From: Amoebidium appalachense
Taxonomy: Eukaryota > Protista > Ichthyosporea
DNA: 64,000 nt
Direction of reading: 5' to 3'
NCBI GenBank assembly: GCA_963693365.1
Contig: CAVNZM010000002.1
Coordinates: 12,989,115-13,053,114, forward strand
The translations under genes and the position numbers were made by a program. How positions within the stretch are numbered: position 1 is the stretch's first letter; every line of letters starts with the position of its first letter. The notes under the pieces are model-generated. The model was given only the letters and a program-made list of their open reading frames with translations. It did not search any database and was not told the DNA's origin. Of the stretch, positions 49,092 to 61,706 are shown in pieces.

Positions 49092-49125
<34 letters not shown>

Positions 49126-50913
49126 CGCCCGGCCCACCCAGACGGGTTTGCCTTCTTCTATCTCCCTATCGCTTTTACCCCCCCCCCCCCCCCTGGGTGC
49201 GACGCCACCCACCTATCCCTCTCCACACCCCTTTTCCCTCTACTCTGCACACCGAGACACACACAAGCACACAAGCACACATGGAAGGACACAGACACTC
49301 GCTCGCTTGCACGATTCGGAAAACGTGCAGAGCATAGGGCTATCACTCCTATCGAAAAGAAGACTTATCACCCCCTCCCCCTCCCTTCCCTCCCCCCCCC
49401 CCCCCCCCCCCTCCTCCTCCCCCAAATCGCCCCCCTTCTTCTGACCCCAGCCATAAAGCATTACCGAATGTACGTCATCCATCATAACTCCAACATGATG
49501 GGAATGATACTATGGGGTGGAAAGGGACAAAATAGAAATCTACTACTTTTTTAGCGAATTCCTTGGTCGACGGCATAGCAGCCAATGTGCTCATGATCAT
49601 GACCAATTATGGCGTATGTATATATGACGGCGGCTTAGTCAAAAGTTGGCTTTGGAGCTACTATCGAGGTTACACACTATTCGAAAGTAATTTGAAGTAC
49701 ATAAAGCCTTTTTCCTAAGAGTAAACAGGCTTTGGGTGCCTAATAAAAAAGTTTTTGTAGTGCCTTGTAGGTAGCGCAGTGGGCAAATTTAGACCGGCGC
49801 AGAGCTAGCTAGTCATGAGCCGTGCCGGTCAGTCAGCCAATCAGCTGCTGTTAGCCTCCTTGAATCTGGTCAAATCAACCAATTGCGTAGTTCTACAAAA
49901 GTAGTATCATTTCTATATTGTTCCTTTCCACCCCATAACACGGTGCTGCCCTTCAGAGGATGATGTTGCATTGGTGCGCTCTCTGATCAGCAACCTGCCG
50001 AATGGCACGAGCAGGTTAGCACGCACCTCCATTCTTTCTTTCTTTTTCTTTTCTTTTTTTTTCCTTTTTTTTTTTTTTTTTTTTTTTTTTTGGGTTTTTC
50101 CCCTGTGATTGTTTGTTTGCTTGCCTTTTGCCCTTTGCCTCTTTTCGTCCTTCTCCTCCCCTCCCCTCCCCCCCCCCCCCCCCCCCTCCCCCCCCTCCAG
50201 GCAGGGCTACTGGGCTCTGTTGCATACTTCTTATGTGTGTTCCTCTTTCCATAGTTGCATTATGTTGCGCGAAAAACGTGAGGTGTTTGGAACTCTGATC
50301 CCCCCCCCCCCCCCCCTCCCCCCCACCCCTAACCCCAACCCCACCACCACCACCACCATCAAGGCTCCCACCCCTGCTTTCGTTCCACCTTCGGATGATA
50401 TGAAATATGCTCCCCTAAATCTTTCAATTTTCATTCATAGTCCCTCCTCTGTGCTTTTTTCCTCTGTCTCGCAAAATCCCTACCATTATGGTTTGCCCTT
50501 GGTGCGTGTTTTATCTCGCTGCTCTTATTACTCCCATTCTTATACATTATCAGTATCCCACGCCATCCCTTCACTTCCTACATTTTGCTCCCTTCACCCA
50601 TTCTCCAATCATCCTCTTGCTTTCCCCACTTCGTTTACTCTTCAGTACGACCCTCCCCCCCTCCCCCCCCCCCCCCCTCCCTTCTGCACCCCCCTCCCCC
50701 TCCTCCCCCCTCCCCACCCGCACCCCCACCTCCCCCCCCCCCCCCCCACCCCACCCCTTCTTGGTTTCCCCCGTCTCTGCTCCATCCCGTTCCCCCGTCC
50801 TTCCCCTCCATCCACTCCCTCAGTGCGGCACACACACACTACTGTCACGACTTCTGCTACTGCTTCATTACGCACTTCCTTAAACACCCCTCTTTCCCCT
50901 CTCCTCCCACCGT

Positions 50914-50997
<84 letters not shown>

Positions 50998-52195
50998 CCT
51001 GCTCAGCACGTACAGCCACACGCACGGCATCCAACCGCAAGATGGACCCACCGAGCACCAGCAGGCAGCAGCCACCCTGCTTGCAGCCGTCCTCACCCTC
51101 CCCCTCAGCACACACATCAAATTTCTGGTTGAGGGGGGATTCTTGCCGACACCACCGGTGCCTTCGCCAGCGGAAGATTTGGTGGGCGCCCTCTTCTCCT
51201 CTCCCCCTCCCCCCCCCTTTCTCCCCCCTTCAACCTCTCAAGCCCCACCCCAAACTTGTATACCCAACGTACCCTCTCTTGTCGCTTACTACCCACCCAC
51301 CCACCCACCCACCCACCCACCCACCCACCCACCCAGTTCACCACGAACCCGCACACCAACGAAACCCACATTCACTCGCCCTCCCCACCCTCCCATGCCT
51401 AATCGCCCACAAGCATGTCTAATCTGATTCTCCCTCCCCCCCCCCCCCCCCCCCCCCCACCCCCCCACCCCACCCGGCCACTCTTCCCCTCTTCAATAGT
51501 ATAAAGCATACACATTAAGTTCGTGTGTCCTTTGCATTCTGCCTTGAGTCGTCCGTTGTGAATGTGTCAATACTACTCTAAGATGTACTGTCATCCCCCC
51601 CCCCCAACCCATGCGCTTCTCCCATCCTCCCCTCCTGCCCTCCTTACTTCCTCCCCCTCCTCCCCTCCCCTCCCCCACCTCTTTCTCTCTCCCTCCCCCT
51701 TTCCCCCCCCCTCCCCCCCCACCTCCCCTCCCAAAATAGAAAGATGAGAAAAAAGAGAACACATCATCAGCACCACCACCACTATGACCACCCACCCACG
51801 CCCACCCACCCACCCACTTACCCACCGAACACCCAATCTTGCAGAGTCCAAATGATTGGTCCAGCGTCTTCTGGACGGTTCTCCTCCTCTCCATCCCACC
51901 AGCATGGCTTACTCCCATCCCACAACTTAACGACACCACCAACCAAACAACAAGAAATCAAAAAAAGAAATCTTCACGCCTACGTGACCTAGGAATTGGC
52001 GGCCTGAATACAGACATAAATCCCTTGAGCAAGGAAATTTGCCATTTGCAACTGCAACTTGAAAACGTGGTCGCCATGGAGACGAAAACGGCGGGGCGGG
52101 ATGGAGAAGGGAGAACAGAGGAGGGTAAATTGGTGGCACTTACTTCGGCTGCGTCTGACAGGTCGTGCTGTGGTGGTGGGGTTGCCTGCTCATGA
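41718..52195 (+). CDS. PCS: Phytochelatin synthase; 10 exons, about 474 aa
   Basis: Exons 41718-41868, 42153-42254, 43500-43613, 45279-45382, 46319-46470, 47438-47518, 48932-49059, 49957-50014, 50998-51181, 51845-52195 are in frame (1425 nt). Motifs: [20 protein letters not shown] (catalytic Cys), [31 protein letters not shown] (His), [15 protein letters not shown] (Asp). The last four exons rest mainly on splice phase. Confidence 0.94.
45062..45200 (+). repeat. Dispersed intronic repeat family, copy 7
   Basis: ggtgaatgggtcgaagaaacacgggtactgtggatgaggatgggctctgcttattatgcatac matches the reverse complement of copies 2 and 4, with an internal deletion. Confidence 0.88.
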
Positions 52196-54285
52196 TATCT
52201 GGGTAGGTCTGAGCATACGCTGTGTCTCCCCCCCCCCTCCCCCCCCCCCCCCGGGCCCCCTCCCCCTCTTCTTTCTCTCTCTCCCCTCTCTCTCTCTCCA
52301 TCTCCCCCCTCTCCCCACACACACACTGTGACACACAGGAGGCGTGCACACACACAGGTGTGTGCGCGTGCACATGCACACATACACACATGACGCCCCA
52401 CTACCACCCAACCACCTACGTTCCCCTGGTTTACGCCGTTTCTTACCCTTCTCCTACCCACCTCTTGTCTCCCTCTGCCCGTCAACGTCTTTGGACAAAC
52501 TTGATGCTTGTTAAGTAGAACTTTGTATTTAGACACAGAAGTGTTGCGAAAAAGGGCTGTACTTAACAATAAAATCGAAATGTATATCATGTTTTCACAT
52601 TTTGCTCGCAGCACTTAGACATGTGGCTGAACACCGGTAGTTTTTGTTAATTGCATGCTCTGCTTTAGTTTGTGTTTCATACATGGCTCAGTCCCAATGT
52701 TAGTAAGTATATACGTTTTACGAAATACTAGATAATGCTTTGTCGAACAAGTATTTTCTTGCTGCACAGCACTTTTGGTTTGTTTTTATAGTCACCTAAT
52801 AGGCTTGCAATACGATATGCAGCTATTATTGCATGGATATGTATTCAGCAGCCTGAGCGCGTAATTACTACTCTAAGATAGTATCATGTAATAACTATGG
52901 CTCGAGCCATACCTCCCCCCCCCCCCCCCTTCCCCCCCCCATTATATGCATGCCGGATACCATAATTATAACATCAGTAATATAGTGGGCACTACTAAGG
53001 CCAAGTAAATAAATTACTTTAAAACATTATTTTTTGGCTATCTTCCTGTACCTATGTGGAGCGCCCCGTAATGTGCAACTTTCTGTGTCATGATGTGCAC
53101 ACACCAATAATAAATATTCGATTTCAAAATTTTAACATGGTGATCATCCACGCAAAGTTTGAAGTCGGCTCAGAAGTCACAATTGCAACTACATGTTAGT
53201 CTCCCCCCCCCCCCCCCCCCCCCCCGGGCACCCCGCCATATCAACCCCCCCCCCCCCCCCCCCCCCCCGGGCACCCCGCCATATCAACCCCCCCCCTCCC
53301 CCCCCCCCCATCAACCCCCCCCCCCCCCCTCGTGCTCCTCCCTCCCCCCTCCCCCCCTTCTCCCCGCCGGTGCATATCATCGCGGCCGCAGCAGAGGGAC
53401 TTGAAGTTCTGCAATCGGTCATGATCAATACCAAATTTAGGCTATCTCCGGATCCCAGCCTGGGTACTAAATTATGCAATATGCATATGCTGACTGCACG
53501 GGCTGTTCATCAAATCACCTCTAGAGGGTTGCATGGTTGAGAGGCAGTGTGCATGTACTACCGTGCACCTGTGTGTCGACGTACATGTCTGTGGGGTGCC
53601 ACGGCGTGGGTATACATTGTGGGTGGGTGTGCACGTGGATAACAAATCAAATCAATGATCCGACCTGAATCGATAAATGCTCCAACCAGAGTACTGTATG
53701 ACGTCATCATATAAAAACGCCTGGCGCAGGGTCAGTTTTGCACGTGTTACTCTCTTTTTCTCACCATTTTACCCTAACGTGACAGGGAACAAGCACATCA
53801 CAAAAAAACCGTAGAAAAATTCTTGGCGGGGTAGTGGCTTAGTAAGTAATGGTAGGCATTCAACGATTTTGAGCTTCAATTTACGGAGAACTTTGTAGTG
53901 TTTGCGCACCCCATGACTACAATAATTTCTCGGAATGCTTGTTGGTATGGCTTATTTTGCACTTTACGGGTTCTGGCACCGGGAGGCCATAGGCCTGAGC
54001 CAAGAAAAACGTCAAACTTGTTACAAATGCGTGCCAAAGATGCATACTTTAAACGTTCACGTTGTTGCTTTTGCACCACAGGTGCATTTTTCGTTTGAGA
54101 AACATTGACATCAGCTTTCAAATTCGTTTTTTTCGGTACACACACTTCAAATAACCCTTTTAGCATCTAGTTACCACAAACAGTTTCGAAGAAACGAATA
54201 AAAACCAAACAAATCACCCCTAATCCGAAAACGACAAATGAGTGTTGCGCAATGTACAGAAACTGACCAGTGGGCAGAAGGTACT

Positions 54286-56319
54286 TTAACGTGTAGTGTT
54301 TCTGCGTGATCGTACCGGGCCTGTGTTTGTGTTGACTTGGGTGCGTGTGCGTGGAGGAACACCATGTGTGATGTGGTTTTCGAAGCATGCACGTGTTTGA
54401 TCATTGCAGAGAAACACATTACACTTGATGCAGTAGGTATGTGTCTGGTGGCGTTCCCCTTTGTTCCTAAAGCAGAGAACTCATCTACCTTTTCTTTCTT
54501 TTCTGGCACGCTGGTGTCCGTGTAGAGCATGGGGGGCAGGAGCAGCAGGGGGAAGGGGGTATTCTAGTGCAGGCAGGTGGGGGTTGCATATGAGTGCTTC
54601 TGCTAGCTCACGCCTTGTGTCCATGCTCGTGTTTGTGGATTTGCCAAAGTATCTGTATGCAAAGTGTACGTTTGCTACTACAAACCCCAGAAGCCCCCCA
54701 AAGGTGCGGAGTTGGTGACGTTTAGTGCCCAAGGCTTCGTCCACAGAGCCGTTTAACATTCGTGTTTTGTTGAATATATCGGCCATGTTGTAGTTTTCGA
54801 AGTATTCTTCGACTGCTTTCGGTTGGGGGACGTCATTTCCGTTTCGTGATTTTCTCGGTTGACCCGGCTGAGTACTTGAACATGAGGTGATCACTTTCAT
54901 ACTGTAGTTCTTGTTTCTCCATAACACCGCAACGAGGTCTACTCCGTCCACACTGCACACTGCCTCCGACCATACACCACGTCCTTCCTCACATAGAAGG
55001 TCCAACATGTTGAGGGGAAAGTCTCTGGTTGCGGTTTTGACATTGAAAAGTGCGTAGAATCCGATTTTGTACACTTCCCTTGTCCCGGTTACTGACCCAA
55101 ACCAGCTGTCTCCGACGATCGTTCTGGGGTTACGGTGGGTGGGGTTGGCCCTTGGGGTTAGAAGACGCAAGGTGGTGCCTGTTCCAGCTCCCAACTGTCG
55201 GTACGGTTTGCTTGCCATCCTAAGCTTCCCCTCGTTCATTTCGAAGTTAATGAGTATGTTGGTTACACAGTCGTGTAGAGTTTTTATTTCTTGACCGAGA
55301 GGGTGGGGTTTTCGTTTTATATAGATTTGGCACGGAAGGTTGCAATGATAGCTGGCAAAGATGGCCTCGTCTTCGCATAATTCATCCCCGGGCTCGATAG
55401 AGCAACGGCACCGACTCTGCAGTGCTTCCATGAAACCGCGTGTGTCTTTCAGTGGATCATCCTCCGGATATTGAGTGATGTCGGTGACGGTAAAGCAGGC
55501 ACGGATGTTTTCGAACCGGTGTTCGGTCATGAAGCGGGCAAAGTCGTGTACGGGAAATATGTGGCTTGGGTTCTCTGCTGCCGACGTCCAGTAGTTCGAT
55601 CTCGAGCCGGGTTCGAATGTTCCAGCCATGTAAATCCACATACCCAACCACCTAAGTAGCTCACCCGGGGTTAAGTCAACCCAATTTTTGTAACGTGCAC
55701 GACCTACTTCGTTTGTGAGTGGAATGACTGCTGTGAAGAGATACTCCATAGGCATGAAGTGTTCAAACAAACACAGAACACTCTTGCGCTTGTTTAGTGC
55801 TAGTGGAATGGTTGGTTTTCTGCGTGGGCCTGTTCTTTTGTCAAGTACTTGCTCATCTGGAATGGTCCATTGCAAGGTGCACGTGGGGTCGGTGGGGGTA
55901 GGTAACTCTACTTGTTCATCTACAAGTTCTATCTCATCTTCATTCTCACTGTCTGTGACAGGAATCTCTACTTGTTGGATGTCTCCATCTGGATCTTCGT
56001 CACTATCACTCTCTAGCTCGCTACTTGTGTGTTCACTGTCTTCTTCATCTATTAAAGTTAGCTGATGGCGCAGAACTACTTCTGTGGTACCGTCAAAATC
56101 AAACTTTACTTTCCATTCACTGCCTTCGTTTGTCTTGCATCGTTTCACTACTGTGCCAACCAGTATTTGTGTGTCCCAACTCAGGCCGAACTTCTTGTAA
56201 GACCAACGTGTGGTGTCATCTGTGAAATCTTCCCCCTGAACCCCGTCAAATATGTATGCAAAACAACAGACACGAGCTCCAGAATAAAGTGACTCTATTG
56301 GGTCTAATGTTTTGGCCAT
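54286..56319 (-). mobile_element. piggyBac-family transposase (intronless), with in-frame TGA at 54481-54483 before the Cys-rich domain
   Basis: 612-aa ORF with ELLRWLG, RFENIR, GDELCEDEA (D1), RKPHPLG, GDSWFGSV (D2), YNMADIFN (D3). The same frame continues past TGA as VLC...TYCIKCNVFLC...CFENH to TAA at 54286. Confidence 0.93.
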
Positions 56320-56792
56320 GTTGGGCGCTCATCTTTCACATGAAACCCATGGCTTGTTGTGTTCGCGGACTCAGCAAGTTTCGTCCGTTTGATCATGAAT
56401 CATGTTGTTGTCGAGCATGAATTCAAAAACTTGCAACAGCGTCGGCAACCAATAAAAGCTAGGGAAGGCCTTGTTAGTTACCGTACCAAAGACAAAAAAG
56501 GTGTAAACTTATGTTTTCTTACTGGCTGTACAAAAAAAAGCGGGCTCCTGGGCCCCAATAGCTCGCGGTATCCTTCCGAAACAAGCATTCCTAAAGTACT
56601 GCGGTCAGAGTACTTATGGCCGCTAAGTTCTCCGATCAGAGTACATTTCGGATGCATCAATAAGGCTGGGGTGGCCCGTGTATATGTGAGTACAGTGACA
56701 CTAATCCAACTGAGTGACTGTCATGGGGAGTAATTGTGTGTCTGCTTCGGAATTCGAGAAGGAAAGGAGAGGCTATCATGCATAGATAGTCA

Positions 56793-56827
<35 letters not shown>

Positions 56828-57058
56828 CCCCCCGTGCCGACTCGCCGGGCCTCGGCCCCCCAGGCTAGTTATTACATTTGCAACCAACCACGTGCACATA
56901 ACTGTGCTTCGGAAACAGGGTCTTAATTCGAACGATAGTCTCCTCCCCAGACACACACACGCACACACACCGTACACACTCACACGCCGTGTGACACAAA
57001 CACGCACAAAAAAAATAATAAACAAACGGGCGACCGTCGGTGAAAATGTAAACCATAT

Positions 57059-57103
57059 ACGTCACTATGACGTCACTGTGTTCTGGACGTCACCATGACG
57101 TCA
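57059..57103. promoter_or_regulatory. Cluster of CRE/ATF-type motifs upstream of eIF1A
   Basis: TGACGTCA at 57068-57075 and 57096-57103, plus ACGTCA at 57059 and 57087, about 310-355 nt upstream of the ATG. Confidence 0.5.
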
Positions 57104-57414
57104 CGAGTCACATGTGCCGCTCTCAGCTGATTCGTCCGCCCGCCACTGTGATCGCCCCACAGTCAGGCAGAGGCACAAACAGCGCGTACAAGGTTACGTT
57201 TTTCAGTTTTCCCTTCTCTTTTTTTTTTCAAGTTCACCTTTAGATCTAGCAGAAGGCTAGGATTGGGAAGAGTAAAGGGCTTGTCACACGTGATAAGTAG
57301 AGAATTTTTTGGGAAAGGCGGCCGTTTTGGATCTGATTCGATTGAGCTTCGTAGGTGAAGCTTGTTGGTTGAAGAGAAAAGTACACGTGGACGGACTGAC
57401 AGACAAACGCAAAC

Positions 57415-58190
57415 ATGCCTAAGAACAAGGGTGAGTTTTGGTTATTATTTCAGGTGTGCAGCAAAAATGGAAAAAAAAAAATATAGGTTACTTTACTTTG
57501 ATGTGTCTAGTGGCACGGAACAACAAGGTGCTGGAGGCAAGGAGAAGCAGGGAGGCACATATGTGACAAGGCTTCTAAACTTGGAGGACCCCACTGTAGA
57601 TGGGTGCAACTTTAACATATAATATGGGCAGCTTTGTGCGTGAATGATAACTTTATATCCATTTAGGGAAGATTTCAATTAACCCCAAGCGTGCTGATGT
57701 TCCGTGGGAAGAAAAAGGATAGAAGGGCAGCCAAGGGATACCGGAGTAAGTAGCTTGACAGGTGTACAGATTTGGAGTGACGTGTTGCTCAAATGTTTCT
57801 GGGAACGCAGGAAAGGGTGGTAAGAATCGCAGAAGGGGAAAGAACGAGAACGAGCTCCAGAAGCGCGAGCTTATCTTCAAGGAGGATGGCCAAGGTGTGT
57901 TCTAGTTGGGACGGGATTGTGTATCATGGTGTTAGTCTTGTGAGAGGTGCTTTGCTTGTTTCTGGTCGTTGTAAACTGGCTTAGATGGTGGGTTTGTAAG
58001 GTTTATAGATTAATGTGCCTTCCCTTTCCTTATGTCAGAGCTGGTAGTTTCGTAATGGATGCCAAGATGTGGTGGTGTTTGGGGCTGGTGTGTAGGTGAA
58101 ATGGGCAGGTTATTCTGTTTTTCTCGGGGGGGGGGGGGGGGGGGGGATTTGGGGAGAGGGGGAGGGTAAGTTGAAAGGTCGGCTGTGTGT

Positions 58191-58223
<33 letters not shown>

Positions 58224-59632
58224 CAGGGGACGAGGGGAGGGGAAGGAGGGCTAAGAGGAATATGGGCGGGGCGAGTGGGAAGGGGGGGGGGGGGAGGGAT
58301 ACGAATCAACCATTTACTGTATTTCTGTTTTCCTTCTTTCGGACCATCTCTGTTATTTGTTTTCTCTTCTTCTCTCTTTTTTTTCCTGGGGGGACTGTGG
58401 TGAGGAGCTAACGGGGTTAAGGATATGGTAGAGGAACAGCAGGTGACGCGATCGCGAGATGCATATGATACAGGCCTTACCGGATGTTCTCTGCACACTG
58501 CACACTCCCACACCTGCTTCCTCTTGTACATGTTTTATCCCCTCCCCTCCGGTTGTGAAGTATTACTCTAACGTTGCCTGTCAAAGTGCATCTCCCCCGG
58601 AGCCCCCCCCCCCCACCACCACCAACACCACCACCACCACCAAACACTACAGGCATGCGCACATGCACACACACACACACACACACAATTAAGCACCACG
58701 CACTTCATGCATGCATGTGCACATGGACACACACACACACACACACACACCTTGGTACACCCTATATTCACTGGGGCACACACGCACACACACACACACA
58801 CATACACAAATAGAAACACACCCATGTGCCTCTCGCTACGGGGCAGTTTTGGTCCTCCCCCCCCCCCCCCCCCCCCCCTCCCCCCGCCGCCTTACTTTGT
58901 TTTCTCTCTATTTTCTCCCCCCACTACCCTTCTTCTCCTCTCCCCTTCCCGTACCCACTATTTCTTCCATTTTTCTTCCCACCTACCTAAGTTTCAGCTC
59001 GAAAGGTGACTTTTTGCAAAGGTGTCTTACTCGTCTTGGCCACCCCTTTTATTTCACGTTTACCTGTCTAACGCCTGTGTGCACAGAATATGCGCAGGTG
59101 ATCAAGATGTTGGGCAACGGTCGATTGGAGGCTTTTTGCTTCGACGGTGAGACCAGACTGTGCCATATCCGCGGCAAGCTCAGGAAAAAGGTGCGTGATG
59201 GGCGGTGTTGTGTAAAATCTAGTGATGTGTGAACACGTGTGCAACACACACACACACACACACACACACTCAGGTGCGCACACACAAGCACATAAAAGCA
59301 CGTATGCATGCACATTCAATACACACAGACATTTTCACACAAATGCACCATAAACACACAAATTGCACGCAGCGCATCGACACCTGCTGCATCTGCATGC
59401 GCCCAGAGCACCACACAGATACACTTCACACGCAGGGGCACACAAACACACACGCGCGCGCACACACACACACCTTGATGTCCATGTCAGCCACAATCAC
59501 AAGACACATGCGTGAGCGCACACGAGGCACACATAGACATGGCAGACGAATGGCTTTTGCAGTACATACTGCAAGCGATGTTTACTACGCAAGCACTGCA
59601 GGCAGCTCAGCTCACTATTTCATTGGCTGAAC

Positions 59633-59665
<33 letters not shown>

Positions 59666-60476
59666 TCCCCCCCCCCCCTCCCGCGGGGGGGGGGGGGGGG
59701 GGGGGGGGGCATACCCACCTCAACATGCATAATTGATATCCTATTGCGGTTGTGCACATGCAAGGCCTGTGTGTGTATCCACGTGTGTGTGGTGTTTTTT
59801 TTTTTTTTGGTGGGGGGGGGGGGGGGGGGGGGGGAATAGGCAGGCATAGGAGCTTATGAAGGTCGTGACAAACGGTTTTGGGTCGTAATTAGTACCAGGG
59901 CTTGTTCTTTTGCGCGGCCAGGGAGAGGGGGTGGGGGGTTATTGAGAGACTGTGTGGTGGTTGTTGGGGGAAGGGGGGTAGGCATTTGTTGTCATTTTTT
60001 CAATTGTTATTATTGTTGTTATTCTTATTATTGTTATTGTTAGTATTATTGTTGTTATTATTATGGCCCCTGACTCGATGGTTGTGTGAGCAGGTGTGGA
60101 TCGGACAGGGAGACATTATTCTTGTGGGTCTGCGTGACTACCAGGATGCAAAGGCTGACGTCATCCTCAAGTACAACGCCGAGGAGGCACGCAACTTGAA
60201 GACCTACGGAGAGCTGCCTGCTAACGGTACGTGTGTGTGCTTGTGTGGGTGGGTTGGTGGGTGGGTGGGTGTGTATTTGTGTTAGTGTGTGTGTGTGTGT
60301 GTGTGTGCGTACCGAACTCTCTGTCGGTTTGGGTGTGGTGGGGTGGGGTGAGGGTGGTGGCTGGATGGGTTGATGGGTGCAGCAGTTTGTCTCTGTTGTG
60401 TGATTGCACATGGTGCTGTGTCTGTACACAATGCAGGGCCGCCGCAGTCGCCGATGCAAGCATGCACACGTGTAAA

Positions 60477-60518
<42 letters not shown>

Positions 60519-61206
60519 TGAGCAGAAAAGTGCAAGAGTCGGAAAATTAAGGACGTAAGGTTTGCTGCGCTGATGGGTCTATTGTTGTAGAATGCACGAA
60601 AAGTCTGATTGCAGGGTTTTTATGGAGAGGAGCATGTTCGTGGGTGTGTGTGTGTGTATGTGTGTGTGGAGGGAGGGGGGGGGGCTAATGCTATCACATT
60701 TATACCCACTCTGATATATCAAATTGCATAGCCATTCAACTATAGTTCATGTGTTTGTGTGTGTGTGTGTGCGTGCGTGCGTGTATGTAGGGGAGCGGAA
60801 GGGATGATAGAAGTACAATACAGCTATCAATGGTATCAAATACAAACCTCTAAACTCTTTTGTTTCAGCTACTTCACTTTATACAATATTGAGGCTAACG
60901 CTGTGCCGTGTATTTTGCAGCCAAGATCAACGAGACGGACACGTTTGGTGAGGGTGAGGATGACGTCATGTTCGTGGACGATTACGAGTACTCGGACGAG
61001 GATATCGATGATGTACGTGCACTAACCCCATCCCCCCCCCCCCCCCCCCCCCGCGCCCTCTCCCAGTGTGTCGGTCACCCCATGTACTTGTTATGGATGT
61101 CCTTTGTGTATGCTTTGCATCTGCATCGTGTTGTCCGTCGTTAATATGTATCGTACTTGTACTCTGTAACACAATCACAAAGCGCATACCCCCTTCCCTC
61201 TCCTCC

Positions 61207-61243
<37 letters not shown>

Positions 61244-61476
61244 TTCCTATATATCTCTGTGCAGAAACATACCATGTTATATCACCCCGCCTGCACATAA
61301 ACGAGAGCATGCTTCTGACAACCCCCCCTGCACACACATGCACACACAAGAAGAAGAAAAAAATCAGAACATCCACCTACGAGCACGACCTTTCGCCGTC
61401 TTTCCTTGGTGGCTTCTTTTAGATCCCCCCCCCCCCCCCCCCCCCCCCTCCCCCTCCCCCCCCCCCCCCCCCCCCC

Positions 61477-61524
<48 letters not shown>

Positions 61525-61706
61525 CATATATAACCCTCAATCCCACCAACCCACCTATCCACTAAGACCACCTTGACTAAAAGAAACACAGGAAAAGAAA
61601 GGTTTTAATGAAAGAGGAGGAGGAGGAGGAAAAAAAGAAAACGGGTGGTTCTGGTCAACGGAGACACATAGGTAGTTGCTAACTCTCCCTCTTTCTGCAG
61701 ATCTAA
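57415..61706 (+). CDS. EIF1A: Eukaryotic translation initiation factor 1A; 6 exons, 144 aa
   Basis: Exons 57415-57430, 57811-57894, 59087-59190, 60094-60226, 60921-61012, 61701-61706 (435 nt): [17 protein letters not shown]...[16 protein letters not shown]...[15 protein letters not shown]...[15 protein letters not shown]...DIDDI*. Confidence 0.97.
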
